A stretch of DNA of 24,000 bases from Enterococcus phage vB_EfaM_A2. A program made the position numbers and the translations under genes. A model generated the notes under the pieces. The model made no database searches. It was not told the DNA's origin and saw only the letters and a program-made list of their open reading frames with translations. The DNA lies in sequence record MT856905.1; one strand, written 5' to 3'. Positions 1 through 5,947 of the stretch are shown in pieces; within the stretch, counting starts at the first letter, position 1, and the number at the start of each line of letters is the position of its first letter.

Positions 1-392
1 AAGTGAATACTACGTTTGTGTGCGTACTCCATAGTTTCAAATAAGTCTGTCCAACGACCAACATATGCCATGTACTCCATTAAAGTAACGATTACTTGCT
101 TGTTTTGGTTACGACCATCCACTAAGTATTTGATTGCTTCTAGATAAGCGGAACGTTCACCCAATCCACCTAAACGGATATTACGTAAGTGTACCAAATT
201 GCGTAATGCTAACTCTGGGTTTTCATCGTAGGCTTTAGCAAACATGTTTCGTACATCTCCTAAACGACCACGCATAGCCCCTGCTTGTGCAAAGAAGTCT
301 AAGTTAGCGTTTAAAGTTGATGTATAAGTTTTAGCTCCATTTTCTGTAGAACCAACAGTTGTTTCTTCTTTTAGGTTGTCTAAAAATGACAT
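1..392 (-). CDS. TROVE/Ro60-like (DUF2828-like) protein, N-terminal part, truncated by window edge
   Basis: Minus-strand ORF from ATG at 392 (SD GGAGAG): MSFLDNLKEETTVGSTENG...NANLDFFAQAGAMRGRLGDVRNMFAKAYDENPELALRNLVHLRNIRLGGLGERSAYLEAIKYLVDGRNQNKQVIVTLMEYMAYVGRWTDLFETMEYA. The RxIRxGxGER and GRWxDL motifs are typical of DUF2828/TROVE-like proteins. Confidence 0.6.
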   Translation of the reverse strand, partial: MSFLDNLKEETTVGSTENGAKTYTSTLNANLDFFAQAGAMRGRLGDVRNMFAKAYDENPELALRNLVHLRNIRLGGLGERSAYLEAIKYLVDGRNQNKQVIVTLMEYMAYVGRWTDLFETMEYAHKRSIH

Positions 393-430
393 CTGACATC
401 TCTCCTTTGTATGGTAATGTTTTATCTAAC

Positions 431-459
431 ACCACTATAACATGTAATATTATGTAAGT
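431..459 (-). promoter_or_regulatory. sigma70-type promoter upstream of TROVE-like gene
   Basis: Minus strand TTGACT - 17 nt - TATAGT (-35 at 454-459, -10 at 431-436). Confidence 0.65.
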
Positions 460-477
460 CAACACTTTTTGTAAATA

Positions 478-504
478 AAAAACTCATCCGATTAAGAATG
501 AGTT
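478..504 (-). terminator. Rho-independent terminator at the end of the stable-RNA array
   Basis: Minus strand ACTCAT-tcttaatcgg-ATGAGT followed by TTTTTT. Confidence 0.6.
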
Positions 505-579
505 TGTATGTAATATCAAGAACCACAGGCTTAATTAAATTCAATAGTTTTAATTTGTTAGTTGATTGCTGTAGGGTTC

Positions 580-647
580 TTTATGCTCTGGCAACCTAAG
601 AGGTTAGAGCTATGGCAAAATACCAAAACCTTTTTAATATGTAACAA
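580..647 (-). ncRNA. Structured repeat element C1 (copy of a ~67-nt conserved RNA element)
   Basis: Minus: TTGTTACATATTAAAAAGGTTTTGGTATTTTGCCATAGCTCTAACCTCTTAGGTTGCCAGAGCATAAA. Stems GCTCT/AGAGC and AACC/GGTT covary with the copies at 762 and 916. Confidence 0.6.
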
Positions 648-761
648 GAATCTATTTTATACGTTGCTCTACCAACTGAGCTACAGGGGGAATCATCCTC
701 CCGGCAGGACTCGAACCTGCGACCCACGGCTCCATAGGCAATAAAAATCGCTGTTAGATTC
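648..761 (-). ncRNA. Circularly permuted tRNA-like unit B (3' half precedes 5' half)
   Basis: 3' half: GTGGGTC GCAGG-TTCGAGT-CCTGC CGGGAGG A (discriminator at 696). The 5' half follows after 5 nt: CCCCCTG TA GCTCAGTTGGTAGAGC A (5' end at 690). Acceptor 6/7 paired. Unit termini pair perfectly GAATCTA/TAGATTC. Confidence 0.6.
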
Positions 762-828
762 TTTATGTTCCGGCACCCATCAAGGATGGAACTATAGCTA
801 TGCTAAAACCGTTTTATTTATGTATCAA
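762..828 (-). ncRNA. Structured repeat element C2
   Basis: Minus: TTGATACATAAATAAAACGGTTTTAGCATAGCTATAGTTCCATCCTTGATGGGTGCCGGAACATAAA; stems GTTCC/GGAAC, ATCC/GGGT, AGC/GCT. Confidence 0.6.
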
Positions 829-915
829 GAAGCAGTTATGCCACCAATCGGCATCCTCAGAATTTGGGTTGAGAATATAGGAGTTGAACCTAAGTAAGGG
901 TTTGCTGTATGCTTC
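829..915 (-). ncRNA. Circularly permuted tRNA-like unit A (3' half precedes 5' half)
   Basis: 3' half: AGG-TTCAACT-CCT then ATTCTCA A (870-876, disc 869). The 5' half follows: TGAGGAT (853-859) GCCGATTGGTGGC. Acceptor 7/7 paired including one G-U. Unit ends pair GAAGCA/TGCTTC. Confidence 0.55.
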
Positions 916-982
916 TTTATGCTTCGGCGCCCATTAAGGGTGAAGCTATGACCTAAGCCAAAACCGTTTTATCTTATCTTTA
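916..982 (-). ncRNA. Structured repeat element C3 (upstream boundary approximate)
   Basis: Minus: ...AAAACGGTTTTGGCTTAGGTCATAGCTTCACCCTTAATGGGCGCCGAAGCATAAA; stems GCTTC/GAAGC, CCC/GGG, GGC/GTC. Confidence 0.55.
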
Positions 983-1034
983 TAATAGCATAAGCTATTT
1001 AAACTGTCAAGTATTAATTTAAATATATTGAAAC

Positions 1035-1259
1035 TTATTTAAAAGCTCCAATATATTTAACAGTACCTTTGCATTTACGTGCAAAAGCTTCTAGCTCTTT
1101 ACGAGCACCTAAACGGTCTGGTTGAGAAGACTGTACTGTAACTTCTTTTGGTACAGTAATTTCACGAGTTTTCTTAACTGTCTTTCCGTTTTTTAACTTT
1201 TGTTCATACTCTTCTGTACGAGTAGAAGTTGTTGAAATAATTCCATAAAATTTAGACAT
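1035..1259 (-). CDS. hypothetical small basic protein, 74 aa
   Basis: ORF with upstream SD-like GGAGG on the minus strand. Confidence 0.65.
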   Translation of the reverse strand: MSKFYGIISTTSTRTEEYEQKLKNGKTVKKTREITVPKEVTVQSSQPDRLGARKELEAFARKCKGTVKYIGAFK

Positions 1260-1289
1260 GTTATGTGACCTCCGGTCATTTTATTTTAA

Positions 1290-1371
1290 TGGGGAGTGAT
1301 GGAGTTGCACCACCCGAGCTTTCGCAACTGATTTACAGTCAGCCCCGCTACTACTTACGGTATAACTCCCC
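1290..1371 (-). tRNA. tRNA-Tyr(GUA), class II, atypical T loop
   Basis: GGGGAGT...ACTCCCC A; anticodon arm CTGA-CTGTAAA-TCAG; T arm GGTGG-TGCAACT-CCATC. Confidence 0.8.
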
Positions 1372-1567
1372 GTATAAGTATGTATATATCAATACAATGT
1401 ACAAGAACTTTTAGTGAGGTAGCTCTCATAGTGTATTAATGGGGTACATTGTATAACTTCAACTAGTATTGCCTCACACGTGACTAATCTTATATACACA
1501 ATGCCTACATACAACCCGATAGACCACCCTTGGTACGCATATTAAGAGGCGCAGGGTGATACGAATA

Positions 1568-1638
1568 TATGGATTGCAGGATTCGAACCCGCACCCTTTG
1601 GTTGGAAGCCAAATATACTACCCTTATACTAAATCCAC
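1568..1638 (-). tRNA. tRNA-Gly(UCC)
   Basis: GTGGATT TA ... TTTGG-CTTCCAA-CCAAA ... GCGGG-TTCGAAT-CCTGC AATCCAT A. Confidence 0.9.
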
Positions 1639-1758
1639 ATAATGTTAATAGGCGGGTACCCGACAACGAAGTATCATTCCTGTCTTGTCATTCTCCTATT
1701 AACTCCATAATACCTTGCCTAGAGTTGAGCTAGGACTCACAATTACCGAAGGTACTAA

Positions 1759-1831
1759 TCGGGAAAGCAGGACTCGAACCTACGACCCCACGCTCCCAAA
1801 ACGTGTGCGCTACCAACTGCGCTATTTCCCG
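1759..1831 (-). tRNA. tRNA-Pro(UGG)
   Basis: CGGGAAA TA GCGCAGTTGGTAGCGC A CACGT-TTTGGGA-GCGTG ... TTTCCCG A. Confidence 0.93.
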
Positions 1832-1846
1832 TTAACTTATACATAT

Positions 1847-1874
1847 ATTATAACACAAACTTACATGCTGTCAA
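1847..1874 (-). promoter_or_regulatory. consensus promoter inside the RNA array
   Basis: Minus TTGACA - 16 nt - TATAAT. Confidence 0.75.
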
Positions 1875-1900
1875 CAACTATTTGTAAGTTTTTTTAATTT

Positions 1901-1986
1901 ATCCATTCGGGACAGTGTGCTTTAACCATTCAGCCACCCGCAGGGGTAGCCCGCAGGACGGGATTCGAACCCGTATACCACTGTCC
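1901..1986 (-). ncRNA. Third circularly permuted tRNA-like RNA (P3)
   Basis: 3' half GGACAGTG GTAT ACGGG-TTCGAAT-CCCGT CCTGCGG G (disc 1950). 5' half CTGCGGG TGGCTGAATGGTTAAAGC A CACTGTCC starts 7 nt later (5' end 1943). Acceptor 7/7 (2 G-U). Anticodon-side helix GGACAGTG/CACTGTCC 8/8. Confidence 0.6.
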
Positions 1987-2150
1987 TATTGGATAGGCTT
2001 GTGTACCTGTCATCTTCCGATTACACACGCCTAGTCTAGTTACCGTACCAATAGATTTGACAGGAATCTAGGGTAACGCCCAATATGGTGTTAGTTCACC
2101 TCGTATTCTGTTACAGGTTTGCAACCCTGAACAAGGATGACCAATCCTAA

Positions 2151-2223
2151 TGGAGCATAGCGGACTTGAACCGCTGACATCTACCTTGCAAGGGTAGCGC
2201 TCTCCCAACTGAGCTAATGCCCC
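2151..2223 (-). tRNA. tRNA-Ala(UGC)
   Basis: GGGGCAT TA GCTCAGTTGGGAGAGC G CTACC-CTTGCAA-GGTAG ... ATGCTCC A. Confidence 0.94.
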
Positions 2224-2231
2224 GTGTAAAA

Positions 2232-2304
2232 CACCTCCGCTGAGATTCGAACTCAGAATGCGGGATTAGAAATCCTGTGGTTTATCCAATTAGCCTACGG
2301 AGAT
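2232..2304 (-). tRNA. tRNA-Arg(UCU)
   Basis: ATCTCCG...CGGAGGT; anticodon loop TTTCTAA; T arm CTGAG-TTCGAAT-CTCAG. Confidence 0.82.
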
Positions 2305-2312
2305 ATGATTGT

Positions 2313-2681
2313 TTACAGATAAGGTACTCCTGTAAACAATTCAATTGCTTCAATTTCAGTATGAAAGTTTTCCCATTCTAAACATTCATAGAAATCTTGT
2401 AAGATATGCTTGTCTTTCCTGTAAACAGTCTTACCTTTATGGGCTTTCTCACAGATTTCTCTAACAGCATCCACATTATACTTACCACCAGTTTTATACT
2501 GCTCTAAACCAGAATCTAATAAAACTCGTTGTACTTCTTCACTTTTATCTCCTGCTTTCCAAGAATCAAAAGCTTTTTCAAACAATGTGTCCTCCATGTT
2601 TTCACCTTCTACTTCCATGATTGATTGAATAAATCTTTTCCACTTAGAAGGCTTCTTGTGTTTACCTTTACGAAAACTCAC
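2313..2681 (-). CDS. hypothetical protein, 122 aa
   Basis: Intact ORF MSFRKGKHKKPSKWKRF...; coding-like composition. Confidence 0.65.
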   Translation of the reverse strand: MSFRKGKHKKPSKWKRFIQSIMEVEGENMEDTLFEKAFDSWKAGDKSEEVQRVLLDSGLEQYKTGGKYNVDAVREICEKAHKGKTVYRKDKHILQDFYECLEWENFHTEIEAIELFTGVPYL

Positions 2682-2707
2682 GATTAGCCTCCATTATCTT
2701 TAATGAA

Positions 2708-2794
2708 CCGAGGAGGAGGGACTCGAACCCCCAAACGCTTTTACACGTCTACATGATTTCAAATCACGCTGAATACCAGTTATGATACTCCCCG
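2708..2794 (-). tRNA. tRNA-Ser(UGA), class II
   Basis: CGGGGAG...CTCCTCG G; anticodon arm TGAT-TTGAAA-ATCA with TGA anticodon; T arm TTCGAGT. Confidence 0.85.
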
Positions 2795-2890
2795 AAAAAG
2801 AAATTGATTGACTAGTACTGTTAGTTGACTAGCCAACCGGAACTACTTAAACCGAACTCTTTAAACAGCTTTAGTAGTTTATATTTCAAA

Positions 2891-2977
2891 TGGAAGGCAT
2901 GGGATTCGAACCCACACATGCTGTTACACATCTACTTGGTTTCCAACCAAGCCTCTTTACCGTTTGAGTAACCTTCC
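2891..2977 (-). tRNA. tRNA-Ser(GGA), class II
   Basis: GGAAGGT...GCCTTCC A; CTTGG-TTGGAAA-CCAAG; long variable arm. Confidence 0.9.
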
Positions 2978-3072
2978 GTCTTGGGAGCAGGCGGGTTTGT
3001 GTCAAGTACACAATACCTAATCTTTTGTGCATGTTGTTCCCTAGGCTTTATGCACACCCTACTATCTGCATA

Positions 3073-3258
3073 CTAACAGACCTGCCAATTTTCTAACACT
3101 TTTTCTAATGCTTCGTATGGACACATTACTGTCTTACCGTGAACACCATGTATTCTCAAAATAATATAATGTTCATTTATCTCGGAGGTAACAAAGTATA
3201 TCTTGTCCTTCACTAAACCTAAACTTCCGTTTAAACCAATGAATTTTAAATACATCAT
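3073..3258 (-). CDS. hypothetical protein, 61 aa
   Basis: ORF MMYLKFIGLNGSLGLVKDKIYFVTSEINEHYIILRIHGVHG... with SD-like AGGAGG just upstream. Confidence 0.7.
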   Translation of the reverse strand: MMYLKFIGLNGSLGLVKDKIYFVTSEINEHYIILRIHGVHGKTVMCPYEALEKVLENWQVC

Positions 3259-3364
3259 GTTACCTCCTAACTATGTATAACCCATGAAGCATCATGGGGG
3301 GACTGTAGTATGCCCAACCTGCGGGGATGCTCCGCTCTGAATCCGTAGAAATCAGCCACAATTA

Positions 3365-3569
3365 TGTCACTGGTAAGGATTTGCACCTTACATGCACGCT
3401 TCCATTAGTTAGTCGGCACCTTCGAGATAGGGACATACAGCTTCAATTTTCTAATGGATTTATAGGAATCTAGCCTTACAGTTGTTTACCCGACTTGTTC
3501 TAGACTAGCCTGAATCTTCCCCTGTGCTATACTGTGTTAATTAGCGTTTACCTATTCCGCCACAGTGAC
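3365..3569 (-). ncRNA. 205-nt tRNA-like RNA: Leu-like acceptor and D arm, T arm, and ~135-nt insert
   Basis: GTCACTG TG GCGGAATAGGTAAACGC ... T arm GTAAGG-TGCAAAT-CCTTAC CAGTGAC A; acceptor 7/7; no normal anticodon arm visible. Confidence 0.6.
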
Positions 3570-3571
3570 TA

Positions 3572-3919
3572 TGGAGTAGACGGGACTCGAACCCGTGTCC
3601 TAACGTAGAACCATACAAAATTCTACGGGCGTAGTTACTAGTTTTAATCTACGTTAAGGTTACAACTAATAACTGAAATTACCTTAACTGAGTGGTAAAG
3701 CCTCTCCTGAGTTATCCACTTTTACCTCAGCGTTGTCGGTTGATGAGTCCTCTAGGTAGAACCGACCCTAGTCTAGAGGGGTAAGTGTGTAGCTAGTCTA
3801 AAACTAGGCTACAGCTAATAATTCTTCGTTTTTAGCAGTTATATTTACTGCGATGATTAAGTCATCACTCTGCCCGCTATTCATATACTTCTTACGCCAG
3901 TCGAAACCAAAACTACCCC
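3572..3919 (-). ncRNA. ssrA: tmRNA (transfer-messenger RNA), phage-encoded
   Basis: 5' GGGGTAGTTTTGGTTTCGACTGG and 3' GGACACGGGTTCGAGTCCCGTCTACTCCA; acceptor GGGGTAG/CTACTCC; tag ORF GCAGTAAATATAACTGCTAAAAACGAAGAATTATTAGCTGTAGCCTAG. Confidence 0.92.
3804..3851 (-). other. tmRNA tag reading frame encoding AVNITAKNEELLAVA*
   Basis: In-frame resume codon GCA to TAG inside the tmRNA. Confidence 0.85.
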
Positions 3920-4152
3920 AACATAAGAATTTCTTTTGACTAACCCTACCCTTCCGGCAGGGTCTAATCAAAAGTATACAATTAAAAAAATGAAAATGAG
4001 TTACGGAAAATGTAACATCTCCACCACCGGACTATAAGGGTAAGTTGTTCCGGTCTTTAACCTAAGTACTTTACTTAAATCTAACAGGACAGTCTTCATT
4101 ACGTAAACTACTTAACCATGTAAAACGTAAAGGTCAATTTCCGTTGACCTAA

Positions 4153-4226
4153 TACAAGAGGAGGGATTCGAACCCTCACTAAATAGATTCTAAGTCTACT
4201 TCCTCTGCCAGTTGGGATACTCTCGC
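4153..4226 (-). tRNA. tRNA with UAG anticodon (Leu by anticodon) but short class I variable loop
   Basis: GCGAGAG...CTCTTGT A; GTAGA-CTTAGAA-TCTAT; variable loop 5 nt; GAGGG-TTCGAAT-CCCTC. Confidence 0.7.
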
Positions 4227-4310
4227 ATAATAACAGCCCTACCCACCTACTGTTCTGCTAGCATATAGCTTGCAGGCTTTTTATCTGTGTTATAAAAACC
4301 AGAAAGGTTA

Positions 4311-4394
4311 TACAGGTAACAGGAGTCGAACCTGCATGTCACAAAGGACAATGGATTTTAAGTCCACAGCGTATACCAATTCCGCCATACCCGC
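4311..4394 (-). tRNA. tRNA-Leu(UAA), class II
   Basis: GCGGGTA TGGCGGAATTGGTATACGC TGTGGACTTAAAATCCAT ... TACCTGT A. Confidence 0.9.
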
Positions 4395-4571
4395 ATAATC
4401 ACTTTTTAAACTAGATTATTTATGATTCCTCACTTCTGGAAAAATACCACTTTATATATCAACATTTTTCTTATGAATGGGTTAAGATATGTTTTAACGA
4501 AAAAGAGGCTAAAAGAGTATTTCCTCAAAATTTTCGGTCAAGTTAATCTAGTAAGGAAAAGTGTAACCTTA

Positions 4572-4642
4572 TGTGACTGCTCAGAATCGAACTGAGATTC
4601 ATGTTTCCACAGAACACTGCCTTACCATTAGGCTACAGTCAC
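4572..4642 (-). tRNA. tRNA-His(GUG)
   Basis: GTGACTG TA GCCTAATGGTAAGGC A GTGTT-CTGTGGA-AACAT ... CAGTCAC A. Confidence 0.88.
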
Positions 4643-4666
4643 CATCATGTGTTCCTTACAAGAATT

Positions 4667-4695
4667 ACTATACAGCATCTTGTAAGGAAAGTCAA
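4667..4695 (-). promoter_or_regulatory. promoter upstream of tRNA-His
   Basis: Minus TTGACT - 17 nt - TATAGT. Confidence 0.7.
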
Positions 4696-4714
4696 CACTT
4701 ACATATAAATTTAT

Positions 4715-4936
4715 TTAAAAAAGTTTTGATGAATCTAATTGAGAGAAACTTTCGGGTAGAGAACCTAGCTCTTCCATGTACTCTTGGTCAATCTCGTAAA
4801 CAGTTAACTCCGTTACTTCATTTTCAATGGTAAGTTTCATTGCTTCTGCTGTTTGTATACTGTGTCCTTCTACTTGAAGCTTATCATCAAGATAAATGCC
4901 TTCCCAGTCTCCTGCAACTACATAATCTGCTTTCAA
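4715..4936 (-). CDS. hypothetical protein, 73 aa
   Basis: ORF MKADYVVAGDWEGIYLDDK... Confidence 0.65.
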   Translation of the reverse strand: MKADYVVAGDWEGIYLDDKLQVEGHSIQTAEAMKLTIENEVTELTVYEIDQEYMEELGSLPESFSQLDSSKLF

Positions 4937-4944
4937 GATATTAC

Positions 4945-5196
4945 CTACTTTCTCCTCAATTTCTGATAAAAATTATTATCCTTGTAATCTTCCTCGTGGG
5001 CATAAAATTTTTTCATATCATATGTCCAACAAGTTTCTTCTAATCGTTTATGATGTGTCAATGTTACTTCATCATTAAAACGACCTTGATTTAATTTATG
5101 CCTGTAATTTCTGTTAACCATTCTTTTTATGTCTCGAACAGTTGAATCCTTCATACAGACATAACGGTAATAGGGTTTTCTGTAACTTCTACTCAT
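4945..5196 (-). CDS. hypothetical basic protein, 83 aa
   Basis: ORF MSRSYRKPYYRYVCMKDSTVRDIKRMVNRNYRHKLNQG...; SD AGGAGG upstream. Confidence 0.75.
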   Translation of the reverse strand: MSRSYRKPYYRYVCMKDSTVRDIKRMVNRNYRHKLNQGRFNDEVTLTHHKRLEETCWTYDMKKFYAHEEDYKDNNFYQKLRRK

Positions 5197-5249
5197 TGTA
5201 AGTCCTCCTTAATAGGTACTTACAATTTATTTAACCTTTTTTTCATTTT

Positions 5250-5534
5250 TTATAGCCCTCTTTCGAACAGACGTCTTAAAGTCTTACCCTCATTATTTAA
5301 AACATATACCGAGTTAACATAAGCCTTTGTCTCTCCTTTGTTGTCAACTCTATATTCATAGGGTTCATTTGGAACACGGGTAATCTCTTCATGTTTAGAA
5401 TTAAGTAAAGAAAAAGCATTTTCTTGTTCTAAAAGAAATTGTACCCCATCAATAAGTTCGATAAAAGGTTTAGTGGTTGGTTCAGTGCTGTCTTTTGGAA
5501 CGTATTTTCGTTCTCCCAAAATTTGTAATATCAT
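5250..5534 (-). CDS. hypothetical protein, 94 aa
   Basis: Intact ORF MILQILGERKYVPKDSTEPTTKPFIELIDG... Confidence 0.7.
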   Translation of the reverse strand: MILQILGERKYVPKDSTEPTTKPFIELIDGVQFLLEQENAFSLLNSKHEEITRVPNEPYEYRVDNKGETKAYVNSVYVLNNEGKTLRRLFERGL

Positions 5535-5642
5535 ATCTATCTATCTCCTATATGTGAATATATTTACCTCCCGAAAAACGTTTCTTCACCAAAGTGTAAG
5601 ACGTAAACTAACGACAGGTCATAGTTTTCCAATTAAGGCAAA

Positions 5643-5716
5643 TACCAGTGAGAGGATTTGAACCTCTGACACCCGCCTTATCAAGACGATGCTCTAACCA
5701 ACTGAGCTACACTGGT
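5643..5716 (-). tRNA. tRNA-Ile(GAU)
   Basis: ACCAGTG TA GCTCAGTTGGTTAGAGC A TCGTC-TTGATAA-GGCGG ... CACTGGT A. Confidence 0.9.
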
Positions 5717-5869
5717 GTGACCCATGTGTCAGGACTTTCACCTGTTCTCGGGGTGCCCCGCCTCTCTACTAATCTCCTCATTCGGTGCCCCTAATAGAGT
5801 GACTAGAGATAGTTAGCAATAAAAATTATATATCATGAATCAAATTTTTACTGCATCCTATATACACGA

Positions 5870-5941
5870 TACCGTCTACAGGATTTGAACCTGTGACATC
5901 CACCTTGTAAGGGTGGCGTTCTCCCACTGAACTAAGACGGT
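5870..5941 (-). tRNA. tRNA-Val(UAC)
   Basis: ACCGTCT TA GTTCAGTGGGAGAAC G CCACC-CTTACAA-GGTGG ... AGACGGT A. Confidence 0.92.
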
Positions 5942-5947
5942 GAAAAA

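Noticed and set aside
562-744. Plus-strand ORF of 60 aa
   Set aside because: It is antisense to tRNA-like units; ORFs containing GFEPRTPRLK/PRRVELGL-like strings are antisense tRNA T-arm translations.
780-830. GCTATAGCTATGCTAAAAC / GTTTTAGCATAGC resembles Cas9-type CRISPR repeat or tracrRNA anti-repeat sequence
   Set aside because: The match is short, not shared by the other two element copies (which keep structure, not this sequence), and there is no spacer array or cas gene.
2095-2150. GGGTTGCAAACCTG arm upstream of P3 considered as a second tRNA-Cys
   Set aside because: No 5-bp stem, acceptor or T arm could be assigned, and a good tRNA-Cys is present at 8124-8196.
3730-3765. Plus-strand GTTGATGAGTCC...GGTAGAACCGAC looks like a hammerhead ribozyme core
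   Set aside because: The core GAAA and CUGAUGA consensus are not intact and the sequence is the antisense of tmRNA helices, which explain the inverted repeats.
4573-4833. Plus-strand ORF MTAQNRTEIHVSTEHC...
   Set aside because: Overlaps tRNA-His antisense and the minus promoter/CDS; no SD.
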